A stretch of 64,000 nucleotides of DNA from Nitrospirota bacterium. Lineage in GTDB: Bacteria > Nitrospirota > UBA9217. Both the position numbers and the translations under genes were made by a program. The DNA lies in contig CAWCKW010000012.1 in NCBI GenBank assembly GCA_963796285.1, forward strand, positions 1,920,001-1,984,000, read 5' to 3'. The notes under the pieces are model-generated. The model saw nothing but the letters and a program-made list of their open reading frames with translations. It made no database searches and was not told the DNA's origin. Below, in pieces: positions 29,196-37,957 of the stretch (position 1 is the stretch's first letter; every line of letters begins with the position of its first letter).

Positions 29196-29853
29196 CCTCG
29201 TATCCTCCTTTACCCTTAGACCGGATGTATTCGATCCTTTATGATTACATTATTATCATTAATATTATAGCACATTGTTAACACGGAAAGGTCGCATCAA
29301 AAATACGCTGCGTTTTCATCAGGTCACTCGAGTAAGATAAAAGGACTATAAATAACCGCGGGAAGAATTACCGGAGGTAACGGGACGCAAATGACGGATA
29401 TCGAACAATAAGGTATTATTCGGGCATCACGGGTAATGAACCAATTGCTGGAAAGCCGGGAGCGATCGCATGCTTGCTTTAACCGCGTACTGCGGTTTAC
29501 AATAAGCACGCACTCGGCATATGCTTTTGCGGGAATGCCGGAACTCTCCGGGGGCATGCCGACGAAAGTCCTTACTGTTCAGGATCCCCGCGGAACCTTG
29601 CTTTACGAACGCGGGCGCAGAATGACGAACGGGACAAGGTCATGACTAATAACTCTGAAGAGACCAGGCTTCGCTATCTGTACCGGAAGCTGATATTGGA
29701 GGGAAAGGCAGTGCTTTCTTTCGAGTCTGCAAAGAAGCTCATCGGCCCGGACTGCGCTTTTCACCTGTATTCGATCATTGATTCGAAGGCGACAAAAAGA
29801 AAGCGCTGATGCTGCCCGGAAGAGAATCAACGGTCCGCGATCTGTGTCACTGT

Positions 29854-30234
29854 TCAGACGAGGTATTTCAGGATCTGTGCGCGGAATTCGAGAATATTAA
29901 GCGGCTTGGTTATGTACCCGTTTGCGCCAAGGGCAAGACCCCGTTCGCGGTCCTGATGCTCGCCCTTCGTAGTGATGAGAATGATCGGCGTGCCCTTTTT
30001 AAAGACCTGGCGAACAGCGCGAATGACCCCGGCCCCGTCCAGTTCCGGCATGTTCATGTCGGTGAGGATAAGGTCAACGTCCTGGCGGTTCAGCTTCTCG
30101 ATCGCATCCATCCCGTTCACCGCCTCGATGAGCTGCACCCCCGGCAGCAGCTTGATCAGGTGGAAAAAGAGGAACATCCGCATCGTCTGTGAATCGTCAA
30201 CAACGAGGATCCTTTTGTTCTGAAATGATGGCAT
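29854..30234 (-). CDS. CheY-like single-domain response regulator
   Basis: ILVVDDS, LILTDMNMPELDG, GANGYITKP. Confidence 0.92.
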   Translation of the reverse strand: MPSFQNKRILVVDDSQTMRMFLFFHLIKLLPGVQLIEAVNGMDAIEKLNRQDVDLILTDMNMPELDGAGVIRAVRQVFKKGTPIILITTKGEHQDRERGLALGANGYITKPLNILEFRAQILKYLV

Positions 30235-30718
30235 GCTGTTCTACGACCTTTCACCCAAAAAAATCCAATCAGCCAAAAAGAGCATGGTCAGAAATCGCCC
30301 CCGATAGAGCTAATCGAGGGCAGGCTCCGACCGCAACGAAGATCGGCTGCTACCGATTGCAAAAGACATCATCTTTTGTCCTCGCGGACACCAAGTCTCC
30401 TGTTTGTTAAAGTATACTATACTTTTCCTCCCGGCGCTGAGCCTGCCGCCGGGCTTCGTCGAACACGAAGATGATCTCTCCGCATCAAGACCGTTACCAA
30501 AACACGGAGACGTATCCAGCCTATGTGGTAAATGCTGCATGGAAGAAATAATTTCGCGAGAAGAAGGGGAAGAACGGCTGTCAGTGGCCGGCAAACGGTC
30601 GTGGTATTTTTTGCGGGGGGCAACGGCCCTCAGGTCTTAACAATCTTTGCGTTAACCCTGTCGCCAAGAAGCGCCGGCTTTCAGCCAACCCTCCGCCTTC
30701 TGTGGACGGTGAGATTAT

Positions 30719-31543
30719 TCAGGCTGTCCCGAACCCGTCCTCATCGCGCTCCTTCAGACTTTGCTGCGAGTAGTCCGACTTTTTTTGAAGGGCTTCATCG
30801 ACGTATTCCCTGATCAGGGCCCGATCCTTTTCTGGAAGATCCTGGTACAACAGCCCGATGCCGGCGTTCGGCACGGGATATCGCACAACTGCCTTAGTAG
30901 ACACCACACCATTCCCGATCGGGAATGACAGGGTTATGTTCGTGCCTTCGGAAAAGGTCTGCGCGGTCAAGAGGAACATACCGCTTTCGCTGATATCGAC
31001 GCTTTTTGCGTAGACCTTTTCATTGATCGTCACCCTGCCGGAAAAGGAAATCCGCGGAGAAAGCCGGGCTGACTCAGGATTCGTAATATCGACACCCAGG
31101 TCCTTTACCCGAACTGCCAGCGCCGCCAGATGGTCGCGGAACCCCTGCCCCAGCATCTCGAGCAGCTGCCTCATCTCTTTATTGGCGTCTTTCAACGCCG
31201 CCACGACATACTGTTCAACAAGGCTGGATTCGATCAGATAGCACTGGACGAGGATCTCGTTGATCTTTTCACGAGGCATGGCAAGAATCATCGACACCTG
31301 GTACATCACCTTGTTGATCTCGGTGAAGTTGAGATGCACTTCTCCAAAGTCACTCGGCTTGGCCCTTACGATCCTCTTTTGCATTCTCGCCAGGTTGACA
31401 TGGTTCAGTTCGTCCAGGTGGAGCTGATAAAAAAGGCCTTCGAGCTCCTTGTTGCCGCTGAACTTCGCCCGCAGTTTCGCGTACAGGTCACCAAGGTTCA
31501 CTTCCAGCTGTTCGATCACTTCCAGGGCCTTGAAAGCATCCAT
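30719..31543 (-). CDS. Ferritin/rubrerythrin-like domain fused to PilZ
   Basis: E...LY...LF.QL..DELNH helical N-terminus; RLSPR and DISESG PilZ motifs; GGAGG RBS. Confidence 0.7.
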   Translation of the reverse strand: MDAFKALEVIEQLEVNLGDLYAKLRAKFSGNKELEGLFYQLHLDELNHVNLARMQKRIVRAKPSDFGEVHLNFTEINKVMYQVSMILAMPREKINEILVQCYLIESSLVEQYVVAALKDANKEMRQLLEMLGQGFRDHLAALAVRVKDLGVDITNPESARLSPRISFSGRVTINEKVYAKSVDISESGMFLLTAQTFSEGTNITLSFPIGNGVVSTKAVVRYPVPNAGIGLLYQDLPEKDRALIREYVDEALQKKSDYSQQSLKERDEDGFGTA

Positions 31544-31798
31544 GACAATTCCTCCGCAACGATGAACCGGTCGGTTACTCCAGGGCAAGTTGACCGCTGT
31601 GCGCTTTTCAGTTGAGTGTGCACGGCGCAGCCGGACAACGATACGCATTCATACAAAACATATTCAAGCAATTTGCTGCTCTGTCACTCGATCCGGTCGT
31701 ATGGCCCCCGGGATGCCCGACGCACGACATCACAGATAATCGAAAGGTTCTTCGTCCGGCGCCCTGCACCCTGCCTCAAACGAAGCGCGGGGCTCGGT

Positions 31799-32137
31799 CT
31801 ACTTCACCTCTTCGATCTTCACGACATTCTCATACCGTGAGAACATCGGCATTCTCCATCCGTATTTTTTTATCCTGACCGGTTTCCCTTTCAGCCGGAT
31901 AGCATCGTTCTGTACCGTGCCGGAATTGAACTTGAACCGATACCAGACATCCTCATTGACATAAGGACGGCTTTCCGTGGCGATCATGAACCGTCCGTCC
32001 ACCTTCGTCATCTGGGCGTCGGTTATCGTCGTCTGGATCGTGTCTGCAACGAAATAGCTGTACAAGACCGCCAGGATGCAAACCGCGATTCCGATCGCGA
32101 TTGTCCTGAATTTTAAACTTCTGAAAAATCCCGCCAT
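31799..32137 (-). CDS. Small membrane-anchored protein, DUF1523-like
   Basis: One TM helix; NED.WYRFKFNS..VQ and YGWR...SRYEN motifs. Confidence 0.65.
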   Translation of the reverse strand: MAGFFRSLKFRTIAIGIAVCILAVLYSYFVADTIQTTITDAQMTKVDGRFMIATESRPYVNEDVWYRFKFNSGTVQNDAIRLKGKPVRIKKYGWRMPMFSRYENVVKIEEVK

Positions 32138-32229
32138 GACATCCCCCTCTGTTGTTGATTGGTCATTCAAGATTTTTATCTCTCTCGCGTATGCGGCCGA
32201 GAGGCGTAAGTGGGTCGATGCAAAACAAT

Positions 32230-32265
32230 AAAAAGCCCTCCGCCAGTTACCGGCAAAGGGCTTTT
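32230..32265. terminator. Probable bidirectional terminator after the glutamate synthase operon
   Basis: AAAAGCCCT...AGGGCTTTT. Confidence 0.65.
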
Positions 32266-32364
32266 GGAATGCATATCACTTCGTGGCTGAATATATTTTT
32301 ATCCATAGATATCCGTGTCTACCCCGTTCGATTCTTCTCACAGGGGAAATCCGCGGCAACGACA

Positions 32365-34689
32365 TTACACGTTCTCCACCATGTCCCATACGCCGCAGGG
32401 GCAGATGCCGGCGCAGAAGCCGCAGCCGATGCAGAGGTTCTCATCAACCACATACTCGAATGACTTGTTCGACAACTTCTTGCGGGAAATAGCGCCGTAG
32501 TAGCACGACTGTTCGCACATTCCGCAGTCGCGGCAGGAGCCGCAGCTCATGCAGCGGTCGGCTTCCTTCTTTGCCGAGAACTTGCCGACCATCCTGCAAA
32601 CCTCGTAGTACTGGGTCTTGACCTTCTCGTAGGGGATCACGCGCCGCTCTTCGGGTACATAGTCCGTGTTCATCAGCTGGGCATTGATCACATCGGCGGC
32701 AACCTTGCCCTGGCCTATGGCATGCGTCACCAGTCCCGGTTTGGTCGCGTCGCCGATGGCGAAGACCTTCACGTCCGAGGTCTGGTTCAGGTCGTTCACC
32801 GTGATGTAGCCGCGCTCGGTGTTGATCGACGGAGGCAGGAAGTCGAGGACCGGCTTCTCGCCGATGGAGATGATGACCAGGTCCGCATCGATGCTCGTAT
32901 TGTCCTTGAAATAGAGTTTTTTTGCCCTTGCATCGTACTTCTCGGTGATCTTCGGGAACAGGATCTGCGTGCCTTTTTCCTTGGCCATCGCCTGCTCTTT
33001 GCCGAAACTGGCGGGCTTCTGAACGTCGACGGCGGTCACGCTCTCTGCGCCGTGGTCATACGCCTGGCAGGCGATGTCCATACCCACATTGCCCGCGCCG
33101 ATCACGACGACCTTCTTGCCCGTCAGGTTCCGGGGTTTGCCGAAGTTCACTTCCTTGAGGTAGTCGATGCCCGCGACCACGTCTTCGTGACCCGGGAACG
33201 GGATCACCCGGCCTTCATGCGCGCCCACGGCGATGACCACCACGTCGTGGTCCTTGTATATCTTCTCGAACTTCTTTTTGTCCACGGGGGACTTTACGTG
33301 GGTATTCACGCCGATCTCTGCAAAGCGCGAAAGCTCCTTGTCCAGGATCTTCTGGGGCAGGCGCTCGCGCGGGATGCACATCTCGAGCTTTCCGCCGATC
33401 TTGTCTGATGCTTCATAGAGATCAACGGTATGGCCCTTGAGGCCAAGCTGCCATGCCGCGGAAAGACCGCCCGGTCCGCCGCCGATGATCGCGATGCTCT
33501 GGCCCGTTGACTTTGCCTTCTTTGGCGCCTTGAGATTCAGCGCCGCCGAACCGTACGCCTTGATATTCAGCGGCTGGTCGATCCTGCCGCGGGTGCAATC
33601 GGTCATGCAGAGGTTCGGGCAGACCGTGCCGCAGACCGTTGCCGGAAGCGGGCTGTACTGGAGCACGAGCGCCAGCGCCTCGGCGGTTCTCCCCTGCCTG
33701 ATGAGCTGCGCGCGCTTGTGCGACGGGATGCGCGAGGGGCACGCATAGGCGCAGGGTGGAAGATACTTGTCGTTCTTCCAGACCGGCATCCAGCGGCGCT
33801 CCTCGCCGGTGGTTATATAAGGAAGCACGGAACGGTCATGGGTAAGATAGGCGCCGAACATGCCCCCCTTGCCTACTTCCTTCTCCCACACATTCATGCG
33901 GAACTCGGTGAGTCCCATCTTGAGCTTGCCCTTTGCCTTTGCTTTTTCCGCCGGCGTAAAGGAAATGAGCTTCTTCCAGGCAGTGATGTCCTTCGTGAGC
34001 TCTTCGTAATGGGACATGCGGTCGATGGCCTGAAGATAGGGCTTCATGTTCGTGGTGAGCCACTCCCAGTCCTGGGGGGTGAGGTCCACGAGCTGTACAT
34101 CAGCCTTGCTGTATTCCTTGATGGGGCCGCGGAAATAGATCGTGCCGCCGACCATGCCCACGCAGGGACGGTAGCCCAGGATATTTTCCGGATCGCGGGG
34201 ATCCACGCCGCAGACAACGGCAATGCCGCCTGCCTTGAACTCGGCAAAGGAGTCGCCCACGCCGCGGAAGTACCAGGACTGAAGGTCCGGGAAACGCGGG
34301 TTCTTCTTGGTCATCGTGTCGCACCGCGCGCCACCGCCGCCCTGGACATAGAGCTTGCCCTGTGCGCCTGCGTTGTGCGCGCCGTTCGCCACGTCGCCGA
34401 GGACGGTGATGGTAGCGCCGCAGTTGAGCCAGCCCGTATCGTCAGAGGTTGAGCCCTTGACCAGGATCTCGGTACCGTCCATGCCCATGCTGCCGACGCG
34501 CTGACCCGAGGTGCCCTCGATGGTGACCTTGATCTTTCCCTCGCGGGGCCAGATCCTGCCGCCGATGCCGTGCTGGCCTTCAGCAATGACGTCGATTTCC
34601 CTGGCGCCGTCCTTGACGGCCTTCTGGACCTGCTCTTCGAGGTCCTTGGAAGAGACCCGTTTTCCGTCGATATTGCCTTTGATGATCAT
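32365..34689 (-). CDS. Glutamate synthase GXGXG domain fused to a GltD-like FAD/NAD(P)H oxidoreductase and ferredoxin
   Basis: GQHGIGG, GQRVGSMG, GMVGG repeats; PPCAYACP, CGTVCPNLC, IIGGGPGG, IGAGNVG; two C-terminal CxxCxxCxxxC; start MIIKG with GAGGG RBS. Confidence 0.9.
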   Translation of the reverse strand: MIIKGNIDGKRVSSKDLEEQVQKAVKDGAREIDVIAEGQHGIGGRIWPREGKIKVTIEGTSGQRVGSMGMDGTEILVKGSTSDDTGWLNCGATITVLGDVANGAHNAGAQGKLYVQGGGGARCDTMTKKNPRFPDLQSWYFRGVGDSFAEFKAGGIAVVCGVDPRDPENILGYRPCVGMVGGTIYFRGPIKEYSKADVQLVDLTPQDWEWLTTNMKPYLQAIDRMSHYEELTKDITAWKKLISFTPAEKAKAKGKLKMGLTEFRMNVWEKEVGKGGMFGAYLTHDRSVLPYITTGEERRWMPVWKNDKYLPPCAYACPSRIPSHKRAQLIRQGRTAEALALVLQYSPLPATVCGTVCPNLCMTDCTRGRIDQPLNIKAYGSAALNLKAPKKAKSTGQSIAIIGGGPGGLSAAWQLGLKGHTVDLYEASDKIGGKLEMCIPRERLPQKILDKELSRFAEIGVNTHVKSPVDKKKFEKIYKDHDVVVIAVGAHEGRVIPFPGHEDVVAGIDYLKEVNFGKPRNLTGKKVVVIGAGNVGMDIACQAYDHGAESVTAVDVQKPASFGKEQAMAKEKGTQILFPKITEKYDARAKKLYFKDNTSIDADLVIISIGEKPVLDFLPPSINTERGYITVNDLNQTSDVKVFAIGDATKPGLVTHAIGQGKVAADVINAQLMNTDYVPEERRVIPYEKVKTQYYEVCRMVGKFSAKKEADRCMSCGSCRDCGMCEQSCYYGAISRKKLSNKSFEYVVDENLCIGCGFCAGICPCGVWDMVENV

Positions 34690-34708
34690 TGTTCCCTCAA
34701 AACAATAA

Positions 34709-34788
34709 GGAGTCAGAGAGCCAGGAGACAGGAGCCGGAAGAAAATCTCGCTTTTCTCCGTGACTTCTGACTCCTGACTGCTGTTTAC
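34709..34788. repeat. Heptamer-repeat inverted element
   Basis: GGAGTCA-like units on the left; TGACTTC TGACTCC TGACTGC on the right. Confidence 0.7.
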
Positions 34789-34795
34789 TGTCGTT

Positions 34796-36451
34796 CTAAC
34801 ACACGTAGCTGATCTGCAGCCGGTCCGCAATCTCCTTGTCCGCAACGCCGAGAGCGTCGGACATGCCGATCGGAAGCTCGGTGCTCCTGCCGAGCGGCGC
34901 GAATATCTTTTTGAGCTCCACGTCTGCCGCCTTGAACACTTCCACCACGCGCTCGGCCACCTTGTCGGGATCGAGCCTGCGATACAGCTTCGGGTCCTGG
35001 GTCGTAATGCCGCGCGGACACTTGCCGAGGTTGCAGACGTTGCAGCGGTTGTACTCGTCTCCGAAGCAGCCTGCGGCGGCCTGCATGATGTACTTGCCGA
35101 TGTCCACGGCTGACGCACCGAGCATGATGAGCGCTGCCGCGTTCGCCGCGAGGTTGCCGCCCTTGCCTACGCCGCCCGCGGCGATGAGCGGGAGCTCGTT
35201 CTGCTTGCCTTGTCTCACGAGATCAAGGTAGCAGTCGCGGATGTTCGACGCGATGGGGTGCCCCATTTTGTCCAGGGAAACATTGTAGGCCGCGCCGGTG
35301 CCGCCGTCCTCGCCGTCGATGCAGAGCGCCGCGGCATAGGGGTTCCGGGCGAGGTTGTTCAGCACGGCACGGGCCGTCTTGGTCCCGGAAATTTTCGGAT
35401 ATACCGGCACACGGAATCCCCAGGCCATGGACATGGACTGGATCATCTTCGCGACCGCCTCTTCAATGGAGTATTTGGTCTGATGCGTCGGCGGCGAAGC
35501 AAGGTCGACGAACTGGGGAACCCCGCGGATCTTCGCGATGAGCCCGAGCACTTTATATGCCTGAAGCAGGCCGCCGTCGCCGGGCTTTGCGCCCTGGCCG
35601 TACTTGATCTCGATGGCCGCGGGGTCTTCGACCATGTCAGGAAGACAACGGATGATCTCGTCCCAGCCGAAATAGCCGGACGCGATCTGGATAATGAAAT
35701 ATTTCAGGTATCGCGACTTGAGGATGCTCGGCGGCAGACCGCCCTCGCCGGAGCACATGACCACGGGCAGACCTTCGACTTCGTTCAGATAGGTGATGCC
35801 CATGGCAAGACCTTCCCACATGTGCGGTGAAAGGGCGCCGATGGACATGCTGCCGATGCGGATGGGGTAGATCTCACGCACCGGCGGTATGAAGGTGTGG
35901 CTGCTGATCGTCAGTTTATCGCCTTCAACCTTTATCGGAAGCTGCTCCGCGGGAAGGTTCCTGCCCAGGAGCGTCCTGATGCGAAACTCATGACGTCCGG
36001 CATCCAGGGCCGGATCGGTGAGCATCGAGATCCGGGTGAACTTGAGCTTGTCGAGCGTTGAAGTTGCCGGATCGTTCCGCCGTCCGCCGCGCATGAAGGG
36101 GATGCCGCCCTTGTTCCTGAAGTGGTAGAGCTTGTGCTGGAAGTTGTATTCCGGGAAGATTGCGTCCGTCGGGCAAACGAGCGTGCAGGTGCCGCAGCCG
36201 ATGCAGTACCGATCGATCTCCGTGACCTGGCGCACCACCTGGGTCAACCGGCGGGTGACTTTGGGTTCGGGGCTCGCGCCCGCGGAGGTCACCACCCGCT
36301 GGGTGTAGACTGTGGCCTCAATGGACTTCATGGGGCAGACGGCCGTGCAGCGGCCGCAGCGGGTGCAACGGTCCTCGCGCCACTGGATGATATAGGGAAG
36401 CTCTTTTAACGAGAGCTGATGGTTCTGGTCTAACCGTGCAGCTGATTCCAT
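34796..36451 (-). CDS. gltB: Glutamate synthase FMN-binding subunit with N-terminal 2x[4Fe-4S] (GltB2-type)
   Basis: CTRCGRC, CIGCGTC; MSIGALS, SGEGG, QIASGYFG, EIKYGQGAKPGDGG, GGTGAA, CPRGITTQDP. Confidence 0.92.
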   Translation of the reverse strand: MESAARLDQNHQLSLKELPYIIQWREDRCTRCGRCTAVCPMKSIEATVYTQRVVTSAGASPEPKVTRRLTQVVRQVTEIDRYCIGCGTCTLVCPTDAIFPEYNFQHKLYHFRNKGGIPFMRGGRRNDPATSTLDKLKFTRISMLTDPALDAGRHEFRIRTLLGRNLPAEQLPIKVEGDKLTISSHTFIPPVREIYPIRIGSMSIGALSPHMWEGLAMGITYLNEVEGLPVVMCSGEGGLPPSILKSRYLKYFIIQIASGYFGWDEIIRCLPDMVEDPAAIEIKYGQGAKPGDGGLLQAYKVLGLIAKIRGVPQFVDLASPPTHQTKYSIEEAVAKMIQSMSMAWGFRVPVYPKISGTKTARAVLNNLARNPYAAALCIDGEDGGTGAAYNVSLDKMGHPIASNIRDCYLDLVRQGKQNELPLIAAGGVGKGGNLAANAAALIMLGASAVDIGKYIMQAAAGCFGDEYNRCNVCNLGKCPRGITTQDPKLYRRLDPDKVAERVVEVFKAADVELKKIFAPLGRSTELPIGMSDALGVADKEIADRLQISYVC

Positions 36452-36569
36452 ACCTGCACCTCCTGTGCTCCGGGCGCGATGATCACTATTAGCGAGATCT
36501 GATAGTTGTTATCTAACCGTGAAGCTGATTCCATACCTTAACCTCCCGCGCGCCGGGCGCGATGATCAC
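36406..36569. repeat. Diverged tandem duplication (83-bp period) of the gltB1/gltB2 overlap
   Basis: 36406-36486 aligns without gaps to 36489-36569, 69/81 identical by manual alignment. Confidence 0.9.
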
Positions 36570-37622
36570 CGTGTCGTACTTCATGGGGAAGATATCTGTT
36601 GTTTTGTCCCGGTCCGGCACGGCGCTGTCAACGCCGCAGACCTCGGACATGAGCGCGTACTTGCCGGGCTTGCCGCCGACGGCGCCGGGCCTGAGCTTCT
36701 TGGAATCGTGCACCATGAAACACGCGCCGTCGGGCGTGAACCCGATCACGCAATTCGGGCCGTCGATGCAGAGCGGCCGGAGCGATTTTTTGAGCAGCCG
36801 CAGCGGCTCCGCGTCGGAGCGCTTCGCGATCTCCGCGTCCTTCATCGGCGTGATGATGTCCTTGTAGTAATGAAGCGGATATCCGAGCGTCCGGTTCGTG
36901 TAGTGCAGAATATGGGTAAAGACCTCGGAGTCTGAATTATATCCCATGTACCCCGGGTTGCCCCGCCCCATGAGAAATTCACGGATCGGCACAAAGGCCG
37001 TGTTCTCGCCGTTCGTCATGGTGGCGTAGCCCTGGATGAAGAAGGGATGACAGGCATAGAGATAAATGGCATAGTTCGTATTCTGACGCCCCTGGGCAAG
37101 GACGATCTTCGACTTGATGCCGGACTTCTCGATGCCGAAGAACTCGCCGAGCTGAAGCGGATCGCCCACTTCCTTGAGGGTGAGCACGTCAGGATAGAAG
37201 GAGAATACGAAGAGCGACCCGTCGGGTTCACCCATCATCCTGAGCGCGATCCTCGTGCGCAGGAGCAGGTCTTCCTTTTCCCGCTGGGTCTTGTCCTTAT
37301 ACGCAGCGGGATAATCGTAGACCTTGGCAATATAGTGCTCGCGGCGCTCGACGCCCGGAACGTTCTTGATCGGCGGTTCCCAGATCATCTTCTCCGTGAA
37401 ACCGCGGGCGTTCATGTACTCATCGAGCATGGCAAGGCCCTTATCCGAACAGATCGCGGAAAGCGTGGGGTAGTTCTTAACGTCCGAGAATGGACCGGCC
37501 ATGTCCTTGAGCATGAGTCCCAGGCCCGAACCATCGTGGCCTTCCTTCATGGTCTCAAGCGCATAGATGTTCTCCATGGGGGAAATATATTCGCTCGATG
37601 TGATTGCGCTCAAACGGCACAT
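36513..37622 (-). CDS. Glutamate synthase class-II glutamine amidotransferase subunit (GltB1-type)
   Basis: N-terminal MCRL (catalytic Cys), GRQNTN, ACHPF, NGEN, SDSEV, DGP, LRP. Confidence 0.88.
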   Translation of the reverse strand: MCRLSAITSSEYISPMENIYALETMKEGHDGSGLGLMLKDMAGPFSDVKNYPTLSAICSDKGLAMLDEYMNARGFTEKMIWEPPIKNVPGVERREHYIAKVYDYPAAYKDKTQREKEDLLLRTRIALRMMGEPDGSLFVFSFYPDVLTLKEVGDPLQLGEFFGIEKSGIKSKIVLAQGRQNTNYAIYLYACHPFFIQGYATMTNGENTAFVPIREFLMGRGNPGYMGYNSDSEVFTHILHYTNRTLGYPLHYYKDIITPMKDAEIAKRSDAEPLRLLKKSLRPLCIDGPNCVIGFTPDGACFMVHDSKKLRPGAVGGKPGKYALMSEVCGVDSAVPDRDKTTDIFPMKYDTVIIAPGAREVKVWNQLHG

Positions 37623-37817
37623 GGTTGACTCCTGAATGAAACCAAAAGATCAAATCCTCGATACGAGATAGCAAGCAACCTGCAATTATCAGTTCGCAAC
37701 ATTTGGAACCTGGCCCTTAAAATCTATTCGAGGCTTTGTCGAAAACGCAGCTGATCGATTCGGCGCCTGGGATGTTAACATTGCCTTCTTTATCCTGCCT
37801 CATTTTTATGCAGTGTC

Positions 37818-37844
37818 AAAAAAAGCCCCTTTTTAGGGGCTTTT
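37818..37844 (-). terminator. Intrinsic terminator after the YyaL-like gene
   Basis: AAAAGCCCCT-aaaa-AGGGGC-TTTTTTT on the minus strand. Confidence 0.7.
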
Positions 37845-37957
37845 GGCGTGCCAAATGATAGCTGAGACGTGATACAATACACCCGATTGCGCACTGCTGT
37901 CAAGCCGAAATTTCTGATTTGGAAACGAAAAAGAGATGGCAGGAGTGCGCGGGAACG

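Noticed and set aside
30620-30700. Possible c-di-GMP-I riboswitch (GCGA-capped stem, ACGCAAAG, GTTGCC on the minus strand)
   Set aside because: The 5' GGCAAA/GGUAAA element and a proper second stem are missing, and it is about 400 nt from the next gene. An Infernal search against RF01051 would settle it.
34690-35118. N-terminal extension of the 917-aa ORF
   Set aside because: It overlaps gltB2 in another frame and crosses a repeat; the real start is MIIKG at 34689.
37839-37853. Sigma54 promoter TGGCAC-GCCAA-AAGC
   Set aside because: The -12 element lacks TT and it overlaps a terminator stem.
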